This document shows positions 12,974 through 27,015 of a DNA stretch of 64,000 nucleotides, piece after piece. The DNA is from Azolla caroliniana (lineage: Eukaryota > Plantae > Polypodiophyta). The notes beneath the pieces were generated by a model. It saw only the letters and a program-made list of their open reading frames with translations. It was not told where the DNA came from and made no database searches. The position numbers and the translations under genes are program-made. Location: the NCBI GenBank assembly GCA_043228905.1, contig JBHGNT010000013.1, positions 3,534,001-3,598,000 on the forward strand. The letters are read 5' to 3'. Positions within the stretch are counted from its first letter, which is position 1; each line of letters begins with the position of its first letter.

Positions 12974-15900
12974 ATATCTTCGATAAAGTGACAAGAAGAT
13001 AAGGAGCGTAACTGCAATGGTTACATGATTTGTAGGATTTTGCTAATTGAGGTAATCCTTGAGTTTAACAAATTTACCAAGACTCTCAAGGGCATTGTTT
13101 TCCATACATCCTCTAACAATCGGCGACAAACCGAACTGAACCACGAAACCGTGGCTTAACGGTTTAAACGATTTCTTTATTTTCTACCGTTGTAACACTC
13201 TCCTTCCATTGAAGAGATTTTCGACCACAAAACTAAAGTGGCTGATAGCTACCAAAGATCAGGTTGATTTAGCGGTGCCATCAGCCATTCAAACCCTGCT
13301 TGACGCAATGCTTCTTCCGTCACCCATGAAGCTTCTGCTATTGACAATCCTTGTCACTTGACCAAAAAACGACTTTTTCCTCTTCGAACTTGCTTCTTCA
13401 AAATTGTCTCTGGCTCATAAGCCATGTTATTTTGCTCATCCCGGGCCCATGTCACATCTGAATGAAATCTTTTCAATAGACTAACGTGAAAAACATCATG
13501 TATTTTTTATATTGTTGGCAATTGAAGCTTGTAAGACACATTATTGATTTTCTTTGTGACAACAAACGGACCATAGAACTTGTGATTGAACTTTGGCGTT
13601 AATTTCTCAGGCAATGGCCAGCTTGAAGCACTTACTAGCACCAGATCCCCTGGAAAAAATTCCACATGTTCTCATTTTTTGTTGACGCAAGCAATCATCT
13701 GTGTCTTTGTTTTGTTGAGGCGGCCTCTGCTGTTTCCATCTTTTGCTTCCATGTTTCCAGGAATTTGTCAATATATAGCTCTCCTGTAGGCCTCCTATCT
13801 TTATGTTGAATTAGACCAATTGGCGTAAGTACCTCTTTCCCCGTAGCTATTTCAAAGGGAGAAAAACCAGTGCTCGAATGAATGGTCGCGTTATAGCAAA
13901 ATTCTAGCTTGTCAACACGATCCACTTAATCCGTCTAATCAGCCCAGACGTAGCAACGAATGTAGTCTTCAATACCTTGATTAAGCCTCTCGGTTTGGCC
14001 ATCTGTCTGTGGATGAGCCAACGAAGAGATACGAAGTTGCGTGCCTAACACCCGAAATAGCCCTTGCCAAAAACTACTTGTAAAACGTGGGTCTCTATTA
14101 GAGATGATTATTTAGGGCAACCCATGATACTTGAAAATGTATTTAAAGAAAAGATGTGCCATGTGATTCGTTGTTAGAGGTGTTTTAGTGGGTATGAAAT
14201 GGGCTTGCTTAGAGAAGAAATCCACGACCACCATCAATATGTTGTGTCCCCGGGATGGAGGAAGATCCACGATGAAATCCATGCTAATCACGTCCCAAGG
14301 CCTGGATGGAATCAACATTTGTTGTAGAAGTCCAAGTGCTTTCCCTCTCCTTGCTTTCACCGCTTGGCATACCTTACATGTACATACATAATTGATAATT
14401 TCTTCTTCCATTCTTGGCCACATGAAATATTTTTTTACGGCCAATAATGTCCGTTTTGGCCCTCCATGTCCCGCCAGATGTCCATCATGCAATTCCTTTA
14501 GGATCTTGGCCTTTAGTTGCATGTCATTGGGTATTCCCACCCTCTTTTGACTCCATAATAAGCCCTCATGTAGCCTATACATTCCATGCACTATTCTGCC
14601 ACTTTCCACATCCTCTTTGAGTTGTCGGGTTCCCGCATCCTACTCTTGAGCTTGCCGTATCTCTTCCATCCATGCTTAGCTGGTGACTATTGATATGTGT
14701 TGTATCTGAGGCATCATGCTTAGTGTGTCAGGTAATGTATGTAACTTACCTTTTTTATGTATGATTTCCAAATCGAATTCTGCCAATAGGTCTTGCCACA
14801 TTTGTTTTGCTGGTAATCGTGGCTGTGATTGGAAGTATTTTAGAGAGATATTATCTGTTACTACCCGTGTGAACTTATCTTGTACATAATGCCTCCATTT
14901 CCGGAGAGCGTATACTATGGCCAACATCTCCTTCTCTGTGTTGGCCACCTACTCTCTACTTTCGAAACATTTTTGGACTCGTACGCAATTGGGTGTCCTT
15001 CTTGAAACAACACGGCCCCATATGCTTGATCGGATGCATCGGTGTGGATCTCGAATGGTTTCGTGAAATCGGGTAATTGGAGCACCGGTTGTGAGCATAG
15101 GGCCTCTTTTAATTTCTCGAATGCGGCTTGTTCTCTTGTTGTCCACTTGAACATTTGAGCCCCTCTGATGAGATCCGTTAGTGGGGCTACCATTTCACTA
15201 AAATTCCTAATGAATTTCCTAACATATTGCACAAATCCTATAAACTGTCGTACCTCTATTATTTTGTTAGGTCAGGCCATTTCCTTAGTAATTGCTTCTA
15301 CTTTCGTCACATCCATTTTTAGTCCCTCCCTTCCTATTCGGAACCCAAGGAACTCTATTTCTTCTACAACAAACTCACATTTTTCTGGCTTGGCGAATAA
15401 CTTATGTTCTCTTAGTCGTCGTAAAACCTGAGTGACATGTAGCTTGTGTTCTTCTAATGATTTGCTAAAAATGAGCAAATCGTCAATGTATATTATTACA
15501 AACTTATCTAGATAGTCACGGAAAAGATCATTCCCAAGCCTACACAAGGTCCACGACACTCCAATCAGTCCAAAGATCATGACCAACCACTCAAAACTGT
15601 CATATCTAGTACAAAATGTTGTTTTCTCAATGTCTTCTTCTGCTATCCGGATTTGATGGTATCCGGAGCGCAAATCGATTCGACAGAAATATTGGGCACC
15701 TTGTAATTGATCAAGTATTTTGTTCAAAGCCCTATGATCCATGCATAATCTCATTGTGCCATCCTTCTTTGCTACAAAAATTATCGGTGCACCGTAAGGA
15801 GAATTGCTCGCCCGGATGAAGCGACATTCTTCCAATTCTTGTAATTGCTTCTTTAATTCTGCCAATTGTGTTGTATTCATTGGTAGGGAGCTTTCGCGGG

Positions 15901-18113
15901 TGGCATGCTTCCCGGAATAAAAGGAATTTGATGATCAATCGCTCGTTGTGGTGGAAGCGTCTTCAGCAACTCCTCTGTTAACACATCACTAAATTGATTT
16001 AGTAATTTACAAAAACTATCATCACCCAATCGTACCTTTTTCAAGTCTTGTTTTTCTTGTATCCTTTTGTGTAGAGAGGTACATAAAAAAAGTTGCCCGC
16101 CTTTCTTTAGGGCTTTACTTGCAACCTTGGCTGAGCATAGCTGCACCTACAAAGAGGCGATTCTGGCCTTCCGATTTGTAACCCTCTCTTCCTTATGCCT
16201 ATACATGTTTACAATGATGCCACCTTTTCCATCCTCATTGTCTAGCAACAGTTTATCTACCTTTTTCCCAAACTGGGAGATGACATACTTGTCCACCCAT
16301 TCCAACGCCAAAATTACATCAAAGCTATCCATATCTACTGAGAGAAAGGTTGTTCGACCACTTCCAATCTCCAGCTTCTACCTAAGTTAACATCTTCGAT
16401 TATTGAGCATGTATTTTTGAATCCCTGCACAAAATTGATTGCAAGATTTCTTAGAGGTTGTAGTTTCAAGCCAAATTTTCTTGCACATACTAGCGTTATG
16501 AAATTATGTGTTGCTCCATTATCGATCATAGCTTCGCACGTGTACCCATTGATTTGAACTTGTAAAAATAAGTTGCTTGTGTTGTTTAGCCTTGCATTGA
16601 GGCATATAGGCCGTGCTCTAATTGGTCCAGCTCGAACATATGGTTTCATCTACTTCATCCTCGTACTGAGTTGTCATTGTGTCTACTTCCCACTTCATTC
16701 CTTCCTCCTCTTCGGCTATCTCAAGTTGGGAAGAGGCAGCTCTCGCCTGAAATTGTTTCTTTTTTGGGCATTCTGATGCAAGGTGCGGACCACCGCACTT
16801 GAAACATCCTCTCCTCATCACGGGACCACGGAATGATGATGTCGGGGTATTATTGAGCAATGGTGCGCCTTGCCCTATATTGCTTGTCCATTGATTCTGA
16901 GATGCTTCTCCCCGAGTTAAACCTTTTTGCATCGAGTTGCCGTTGTCATCCAGCTTCTATTGTTGAAGTTAGTTGGTTGATTTCCATATGTCGGACGTGT
17001 ATTTGCTTCGATATCACTAATTCATTCTGCTACTCGCATGGCTTCTTCACATGATTGTGGGTTCATCTTCTCCACCTCCATCCGAATACGTGGTCTTAAG
17101 CCCGACACAAACCCATGAAGCTGGTGATTGGATGTAGATGGGGTATCTGTAATACTAATTGACGGTATTTCTCATTATAGATAGTAAGTTGGCCTTCTCC
17201 CTGCTTCAATGCCTTCCACTCATCCATAAGGTGTAAATGCTCGTTCTGAGGGATAAAATATTGTCGCAACTCTCTTTTGAACTTCGTCCAAGAAGTAAAT
17301 GAAAGAGTTTCACTCCGATTCGAAATCAGAAATTGAACTTAGACGCAAACAGGAAATAAGAAAGAACACACAATTTACGTGGAAACCCCTGATTTAGGGA
17401 AAAACCACGGAACATAAATTTCACTATGAGAAATGACAGAATACAATCACAGAACAATGAAACCTGATTTGGTATGAGCATGTACTGAAACCACGATTTC
17501 AGTCAAGCTCTTCAAACTCTAGCACGCAGGTGACTATTCCTTCCGAAGCTTCCGAAGCTTCTCTGTCTTTTTCTCTTTTGCTTCACACTTCTTTTCTTCT
17601 TACTTAGCTTCTGAGTACGTATACTCTTACACAGCCACTACTGTGCAGAAAACCAGTCGTTCTCAGATTTACCACACACACACAACTCGTTTTTCTCTCA
17701 GATATATATATATATATATATCTCACACCCTCACATACGCTATGTAGGTTTTCCCCTTTTCTCACTATTTCACTCTTAGTAAGTTATCCCGCATACAGGC
17801 GCACTACCAGGCCTGTTAGCATATATATACTAAGTCATTTTTTTTCTTTGAATGTAGAAGACATATGTATATGTATATGTGTGTCTATTAGACTGAATAC
17901 GAATTTGACTCTCTCACCGAATTCGATCAGCTAACCCCCGATTCGGTTCTTCGCAACCGACTATTCTTTTACTTTCCGAATTTCGACCAAATTCGGTAAT
18001 TCGGTTTTTCGGCCGATTTCGGTAATTCGACTCCTTTCGGCTTTTTGGCCGATTTCGACCAGTCGACACTCAAGTCGACTTTTCGGCCGACTCCCCCGCA
18101 AGGAGGGACGCCT

Positions 18114-18762
18114 TTACACAACAAACTGCCCCTTCACTCCTGTAGGGGGAGAACCAACCAAGCCAATCTTATTCCGGCATGCAACAAGTTTTTCCATAGG
18201 CAAAATTTTTGTGAGCATGTTTGAGCCATTTTCTTCAGTGGGGATCTTAGATAGAACAAACTCATTTTCTTCCACTCTTTCTCTTAACCAATGGTACCTT
18301 CTTTGAATGTGCTTTGTACGAGAGTGGTAGGTAGCATTTTTAGCCAGATGGATAGCACTTTGATTGTCACAATGAAGTAAGTACTTGTCTTGCTTCAATC
18401 CTAGTTCATTCAAGAACTCTCTCATCCAAATTAGTTCTTTTCCGGCTTCCACTGCAGCCATATACTCAGCCTCGGTGGTAGACAAAGCCACAACCTTTTG
18501 CAATCTTGATTGCCATGACACAGCTCCCCCTGAATACGTCATCACATACCCTGATGTGGATCGGCTAGAATCTACATCACCCGACATATCAGAATCTGTA
18601 AAACCTTCTAGCATGGGTTTCCCGGAGCCATATCTAAGACATACATTCGAAGTTCCTTTGAGGTATCTAAGAATCCATTTCACAGCTTCCCAATGCTCCC
18701 TTCCAGGATTTCCCATGTATCGACTAACTGTCCCGACAGCAAATGCAATGTCCGGCCTTGTG
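18114..18762 (-). pseudogene. Copia RNase H
   Basis: STTEAEY, CDNQSAI, RTKHI. Confidence 0.9.
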
Positions 18763-18767
18763 CAAAC

Positions 18768-21700
18768 TATTAGAGATTAGGTACTAAAGTAAGCATAAAA
18801 TAAGGATATATCAATGATAGATCTAGAAAGAATAGAGAGAAAAGAGAGAAAGAAGGGTGCCGATCCACCCGACCACCCCCGAGCGAAGGGATCGAGACGG
18901 ACTCGAGCCTCGATCGGCGTCCCATACCACCGCCTTGGCGTCGAGTCGTACCTGGACGATAGCGCGCTTGCTACAAGAGTTGTTCCACTCACGGACAGAG
19001 TCTCGACGTAGTCAATGCATGCCCCAATGAGGGTAGCTAGGCCTCTTATTTATAGTAATTCTCAAGGCCCCCAGCCATGTTCACACTTGGCCTCATGGGT
19101 TGTCTCAATCCCGAGGATTAAAAGTAATCCTCCCCTTCTTTAGACTCTTTGTTTAACCCTCACACTTATCCACGTGTATAGAATACTACGACAATTCTCA
19201 CCACGGGATATTATATGGTCATGCCCGTAACATACTCCCCCTCTTTAAAACATTGCACTCTTGCAATGGAAAGTTAGGGAAGTTAGTTCTGAGAGTCGTT
19301 TCGCGTTCCCATGTGGCATCTTTGATTGATTTATCCATCCATTTTATTTTAAATTCTCGGATTTCCTTAGCACGTAATTTTTTTGTTTTAACATCGAGAA
19401 TTCTTTCTGGTACATGTGGTTTAGAAGATAAATCTTCAGAAGTAACCAGAGTTTCAGTTGTAACTGTATTGTCGCCAGAACCTAGAAGTTCTTTTAGACG
19501 ACTTACATGAAAGACTGGATGGATTCCAACACCATCGGGAAGAGCGAGACGATAGGCTGATGATCCAATGCGTTTGAGGACTGTAAAAGGTCCACAAAAC
19601 CGTGGGGCTAACTTAGCGCACTTACCCGTAGACAATGTCTTAGAATTGTGAAGTACACGTAAAAATACCTTCTGTCCAGGGCTGAATACACGAGGTTGCC
19701 TGTGATGATCGGCATAAAAACGCGCTCTATCTTGAGCTGTTTTTATATTATCCCGTGCAATATGCAACATATCTTGCATATCCCGAAGAAAGTTTTGCGT
19801 ACTTCGCAACTCATCATGATGTATATTAACATCAATCGGGGCTCGTGGCTAAAATCCATACATCAACATAAAAGGACTATATCCCGTCGACGTATGCTTG
19901 GAGCTGTTATAAGCAAACTCCAAAATTGGGAGGTAACGTTCCCATTTTGTTGGTTTTGCACCAACGTATGCTCGAAGCATGTCCTCAATAATTTGATTTA
20001 CTCGTTCTGTCTGTCCATCGGATTGAGGATGATCCGTGGAGCTCATGCTCAACGTAGTTTCTAACTTCTTAAAGACTTGCGTCCAGAAGTCACTAGTAAA
20101 CTTCGGATCTCGGTCACTCACGATATCCATCGGTAACCCGTAAAAACGAAATAACTCATCAACGAATTGGTAAGCCAATTCAGGAGCTGTTACCGTGGTT
20201 TTAGTAGCAATAAATCTGGCCATTTTAGTTAGTCTGTCAACCACAACCCATATGGCATCATGACCTTTTTGGGTGCGAGGAAGGCTAACAATAAAATCCA
20301 TGGATATACTTTCCCACTTATTATTGGGAATGTCCAAGGGATGTAAAAGTCCTGCGGCTTTAAGTCGCTCGGCTTTGTTAACCTGACATTGGTGACATTT
20401 AGTCACATAGCTATGTATGTCAGGACGCATCTTAGGCCAATAAAATTGAGTGGAGATGAGAACGAGTGTACGATGTATTCCAGGGTGCCCTGCTGAGGGT
20501 GCATCATGGCATTCAAAAAGAATTCTCTTTTTGACCTCAGGTAAATCTGGAACACAAACCTTCCCATTACGGTAGAGCAGACCGTTAGCAATGTGGAAGT
20601 ATTCCTTCGAGGGTGTGGTGGTGTCTGTTCCAGACTCGACTCTTGCCCAGTATTTTGCAAAATAATTGTCATCAGGATACTTTCCTCGAAGGTGATCATA
20701 AAGATCTGATGTTATTTCAGTGAAGCTAAGCATGTTAACTTCACGGATGCGACTTAGTGCATCAGCGACAGTATTCATGGAACCTTTACGATATCGTATG
20801 GAAAAATCAAAGTCCTGGATGAGATCAGCCCATCGTGCCTTACGACCTTTCAGGTCTTGTTGGTCACAAAAATATTTCAAGGACTCGTGGTCCGTAGTTA
20901 CCACAAAGCGATTTCCATAAAGATAATGGCGCCATGTTTTGAGCGCATGTATAACCGCAAATAATTCCTTTTCTTGAACGGTATACCGACATTGAGCAGA
21001 ATCAAGTTTCTTACTCTCGAATGCTATTGGTTTACCATCTTGATACAAGACAGCACCTATAGCATAATCGCTTGCGTCGGTTTCAACCTCAAAAGGTTTT
21101 GAAGGATCGGGTAAAAGAAGTGAAGGAGCCTTGCATACCAAGTCCTTGAGTTCCTTAAAGGCGAGGTCTAGTGTAGCATTCCACACAATAGGTTTTGTAG
21201 ACTTACGCGTTTGACCTTTTAGAAGATCAGTAAACGGCGTCGTCAATTGTGAGTAACTACGAAGAGATTTTCGCAAAAATCCGACAAAACCAAGGAATGA
21301 TCGAACTTCTCGAATATTCCAAAGAGTGGGCCAAAGCTTGATTTTCTCGATGCGAGAAGGATCAATTTCAACTCCTCGTTCGGTTATGAGATGTCCAAGA
21401 TAAGTAATTGATTTCTTGAAGAACTCACATTTTGAGATCTTCGCGTAAAATTGTTTGTCACGCAATATTTGTAAAACAAAGCGGACATGTCTAGCATGTT
21501 CTTGTAATGTACGGCTATAAACTAAAATATCATCTAAGAAGATAACGACAAATTTTCCAAGTTGTTCTCGGAAAATGTCATTCATTTCTTGTTGAAATGT
21601 AGCCGGAGCATTGGTCAAACCAAAAGGCATAACCAAAAACTCATAATGGCCGTAGCGCGTACGAAATGCTGTTTTAGGAACATCGTCCTCACTTATTCGT

Positions 21701-22640
21701 ATTTGATGGTAGCCAGTACGGAGATCAAGTTTCGTAAAATACCGAGCTCCCTGGAGATGGTCAATTAGATCGTCAGCCCGGGGCAATGGGTACGAATTCT
21801 TGATCGTCACTTTATTCAAGCGTCGGTAATTAATACACATACGCCATGTGCCCTCTTTCTTTTTAACCAAGAGAACTGGTGCACCCCATGGAGATTTACT
21901 ATAACGTATATAACCCATTCGTAAATAGTCCTTAAGTTGCTTAGCTACCTCATCCTCTTCAGATCGACTTAGGCGATACGGAGGTATACTAATGGGTGCA
22001 ATGCCAGGTACAATATCTATACGATGGTCTATATTACGTTTAGGAGGTAAACCATCGGGTAGTTCACTCGGAAAAACATCACGAAAATCGTTTATGATTT
22101 CATCAAGTTGTTTTTGTTCAAAATATGTTAATTGACCCGAGACATTATCGATATTGTAAACGTGAATGTTCAAAATATTAGAGATTAGGTACTAAAGTAA
22201 GCATAAAATAAGGATATATCAATGATAGATCTAGAAAGAATAGAGAGAAAAGAGAGAAAGAAGGGTGCCGATCCACCCGACCACCCCCGAGCGAAGGGAT
22301 CGAGACGGACTCGAGCCTCAATCGGCGTCCCATACCACCGCCTTGGCGTCGAGTCGTACCTGGACGATAGCGTGCTTGCTACAAGAGTCGTTCCACTCAC
22401 GGACAGAGTCTCGACGTAGTCAATGCATGCCCCAATGAGGGTAGCTAGGCCTCTTATTTATAGTAATTCTCAAGGCCCCCAGCCATGTTCACACTTGGCC
22501 TCATGGGTTGTCTCAATCCCGAGGATTAAAAGTAATCCTCCCCTTCTTTAGACTCTTTGTTTAACCCTCACACTTATCCACGTGTATAGAATACTACGAC
22601 AATTCTCACCACGGGATATTATATGGTCATGCCCGTAACA
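18768..22640 (-). mobile_element. Pol-only chromovirus (RT-RH-INT-chromodomain; no gag, PR or PBS); 465-bp LTRs 18768-19232 and 22176-22640; TSD CAAAC
   Basis: Near-identical LTRs, with CAAAC at 18763-18767 and 22641-22645. ORF 19849-22173 and its in-frame continuation 19219-19809 are separated by one stop. PPT AAAGAGGGGGAG. Confidence 0.93.
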
Positions 22641-22645
22641 CAAAC

Positions 22646-24846
22646 CATAGCATACATAAGGCTACCAACCGCAGAGGCATACGGCACTCTTCTCATCTCT
22701 GCCTTATCTTTCTCAGATTTCGGACATTGTCCTGAATTTAACTTACAGTCCATTGGCAATGGAGATCTGACTGATTTTGCATCGCACATATTAAACCTTT
22801 ACAAAACTTTTGTCACATATTTCTCTTGTGACAGCCATAGCAAGTTTTCGGTCCTGTCCCGGACTATATGCATTCCCAAAATCTGTTTTGCCGGTCCTAA
22901 GTCTTTCATGGCAAATGATTTGCTCAATGATTTCTTCAAGCTTGCAATCTTTTTGACATCCTGTCCAACAACCAACATATCATCCACATACAACAACAGA
23001 ATAAGAAAGTCACCCTCATTATACCTTTTCACAAATACACAATGATCAGCTTGTGTTTTGTGGAATCCATGTTCCAACATGAAGGACTCAAATTTCTTAT
23101 ACCATTGTCGTGGAGCTTGCTTTAAACCATACAAGCTTTTCTTCAACCTACACACGAGATTTTCTTTTCCTTTTACCTCAAAGCCCTCCGGTTGTTGCAT
23201 ATAGATTTCCTCTTCTAGCTCACCATGCAAGAAGGCTGTTTTAACATCTAGTTGTTCAATTTCAAGATTCATACTAGCGGCCATACTCAAGACAGCCCGA
23301 ATAGAGGTCATTTTTACAACTGGGGCAAAAATCTCATCAAAGTCAACTCCCTTTTTCTGTTGGAAACCCTTTACGACGATACGGGCCTTATACCTGGGTG
23401 TACTACCATCTTCACCAGTCTTTAATTTGTAGACCCATTTGTTTCTAAGTGCCTTCTTACCATCAGGCAACTCCATCAGCTCATAAGTTAGGTTCTCATG
23501 CAAGGAATCCATTTCTTCTTGCATGGCATTATACCATTTCTCCTTGTGTACATCAGTCATGGCCTCTTCATAGCATTCTGGTTCCCCTTCATCAGTCAAG
23601 AGAACATATTGACTGGCTGGATATCTAGAAGAGACCTTCCTTTGTCTTCGTGGATATCTTCTCCCTTCAATAATTGGCTGATGGCCGTTTTCTTCCAGCA
23701 ACTCATCTTCCGACTCCAATTCGTGTGTATCAGTCAGATGTTGGGTGTCGACCGACTCAGATTGTTGTTGGGTGTCGACTGACTCAAATTCAATTTCATT
23801 AGCCGATTTTTGTGTGGGAGTCGGATCGACTAGTATTGACTCCATAGCAGTGATCGATTTGGGAGACGACTCTGGTCTTTGTTGCTCCCAGTCCTCGATT
23901 GTCTTGTCTTCCATGAATATGACATCTCGACTTCTTATCACTTTCTTGTCAAGGAGATCCCACATTCTGTACCCGAACTCGTCTTCCGAGTACCCCAAGA
24001 ATATACAAGGTTTGGACTTGCTGTCCAGTTTTGACCTCTGATCTTTAGCAACATGTACATAGGCCAAACATGTACATCCAAACACCTTTAAGTGCTGATA
24101 AGACACATTTCTTCTTGTCCACAATCTTTGTGGTACATCCCCCTTCAAAGGCACTGATGGAGACCTGTTTATGAGATAAACAGCCGTCAACATTGCTTCA
24201 GCCCAATATGATTTTGGCAATTTTGCATGTGCCAACATGCTTCTTACCCTTTCCATTATGGTTCGATTCATTCTTTCTGCTAGACCATTTAGCTCAACTG
24301 TCTTCGGCACCGTATACTCAAGTTTGATGCCTTGAGTCTTGCAATACATCTCAAATTGGCCTCTATATTCGCCACCGTTATCTGTTCGGACAGCCTTCAG
24401 CTTTTGTCCGGATTCTCTTTCTGCCTTGGCATGAAACTCTTTAAAGACCGACAACACTTGGTCTTTAGACACCAGCACATAAGCCCACACTTTCCTACTG
24501 AAGTCATCAATAAATGTGACAAAGTATTGTCCTCCACGATGAGATGGGGCATCAACATAACATACATCGGTGTGAACCAACTCTAAGGCATGCTCTCTCC
24601 TCATTGGAGGCCTAGAGTGAAACGCTGTTCTATTTTGCTTTCCAGCCAGGCAATCCACACACTTTTCCAAATGCACTCCTTTCACCTCTGGTAGGAAATC
24701 CTTTTCCGCAAGGATATGCATTCCCCTTTCACTCATATGTCCGAGCCTTTTATGCCACAACTCACCATCTGAGCCAGCCACTACATTTTCTTCCTCTCAA
24801 CACAACTTCCCATGCATTACATATAGTGTGTTCTGTTTTTGGGCTC
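22646..24846 (-). pseudogene. Copia integrase-RT (interrupted)
   Basis: LWHKRLGH, VRTDNGGEY, KARIVVKGF, LLYVDDML. Confidence 0.9.
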
Positions 24847-27015
24847 GAGCCTGTCAAGACTGAGAGAGAAAAAGAGAGAGAAAAAGAGATAGAGAGATAA
24901 TTGAAAGAGAATTATTATATTGAAGCGTAAAATGGATTACAAAGAGTAGGCTACAAAATGGCGTTGAACCAATTTAGGTTTGGGATGGGTGGTAGATCCC
25001 TATTTATAAGTAATAGAGAACTCTCTAGAATATTCTAGGTTATCCTAGAATGTAGAGTAATCTAGAAGATCTCTAGAGTATTCTAGAAGGTTCTAGTGGT
25101 ATAGAACACTCTAGAATATTCTAGGTCATTCTAGAATGTAGAGTAATATAGAATATTCCTATGATATTAGATTTCATATTCTAGAGACTATACATATAAG
25201 AATATTAATACAATGGTTAAGGATTTGACATGTGTACAACAAGGTCGTGGGTTCAAATCCTTTCAAGTCATAATGTGAGTGTCATGATCCTTTCGATGCA
25301 TGATGTGACTGTTATCATGACACTATCCCCCTTCTTCGACGACACGTCTCACGGGTCGTAGGGTTTGTATTAGGACCTGGTTTACAAGGATATTGGCAAT
25401 GAAATGCATTGACAAGTTCTGCAGCATTGGAAAGATTTGTGGCAGGTTCCCAAGTTCGATCATTGGGGGTATAGCCTAGCCAATCGACCAAGTAATACAA
25501 CTTGTTGCGCACGATTTTAGAATCGAGAACGGCAGCAACTTCAAATTCAGGCCCGTCCAAGAACTCGACAGGTGGTGGGGGTGTCATAAGACGGCCCGGA
25601 ATTGAACTTGTAGTATAAGGTTCCAAAAGGGATACATGAAACACCGGATGAAGATGCATGTGCGGAGGGAGGTCAAGACGAAATGCAACATCACTTATCT
25701 TACTGAAAAGAGATATGATGATAGAAAAAAGAGAGAGAAGGAAGATATAGAAACCCAAATCTACAAAGATATATTAATAAGGAGTGATCATCATAGAAAC
25801 AAGAGAAAGAAGATACATAAACTCAAGCCTACAAGGATCAATTGATCACTAGAAAAACGCACTACATGAATAGGCAAGAAAAACACCACAAGAAAAAAAC
25901 TCTCCTCACCACCTCACTCTTCTTGCTTTATATGAAGTTCTCCTCTAGTAGATAAGTTTCGCTTGCTTTCTTTTCCACGCTTTTTTTACAGCTTTTCCAT
26001 CTCCTATTCTTAGCTATGATACAACGATCTTCTAATCGTCATATCTCCCTCGTAGAAGCTCTAAATTTAGAGCTTTAAAAACCTATGGATAGCTCTCTTC
26101 ACAAACTTTCCAACCCATATTTACACATTATATTTGGCTTCCAAACGAATGAGTTATGAGCGTTCGTTGTAGACTGCATTTTGGTGCCCGCTTTTTTCTT
26201 CTTTTACTTTTCTCCACGTGACTTGCTTTTTGTTTGACTTATCCTCAAGACCTTAGCTCGTGATCTTGCCCTCCGGATGTGAACGCACCATACCTTATAT
26301 TCTTGTAGACTTCAATACCTTGAATTCTAAAAACACTTTCACATTTAGCCCTCCCCCTTGCTTTTTTGTGAACCATTTATGGTGAACCCTAAGCTACTAA
26401 TAAAACTAAAGGTTCTCCTTCGCCTTATTCATGGCTATAGACAAAGAAGGAGAAAATAAATAGAAAAGAAACAAACTATGTGAGTAAAACCCCCGCTAGT
26501 CGATAGGAAAAACCTCACACTTCTAAACACACACACATACACATTGACAATTGCCATCACCATCTTTCTCCTTGTCAACACAAAGAAAGAGGTTACAACA
26601 ATTAGTATATCTTCATCAACTTTCCAAACAGAAGTAGGTCTATGTGATACATAACTCTTGATAGAAGTAAGCATGTTAACATATGAATAAATCTTTCGAG
26701 CGAGCGAACCTTTTGTACAAATACCTTCAAAGCTTCGAGACTTGTCAGAATTGTCATATTTTGAATTATGTCAATCTTTGCTTCATCAACATGACTTTCT
26801 TCTTGGCACACCACATTCTCCACATTACCTTGTTTTTTATGTATGACCATTTCATCTAGAATCTCATCTCGAAAAGGAAGCAAAAATAAATCTCGTTTGG
26901 TTGAATCATTCAAGGATTGGAAGTTGACGTCTTTCTCCTTTGGAACAACCACAATAAGTGAGACAAACTTCAAATTCTCCAACTTGATGTGGTGCTTGAT
27001 GCCTTCTACTCTTAT

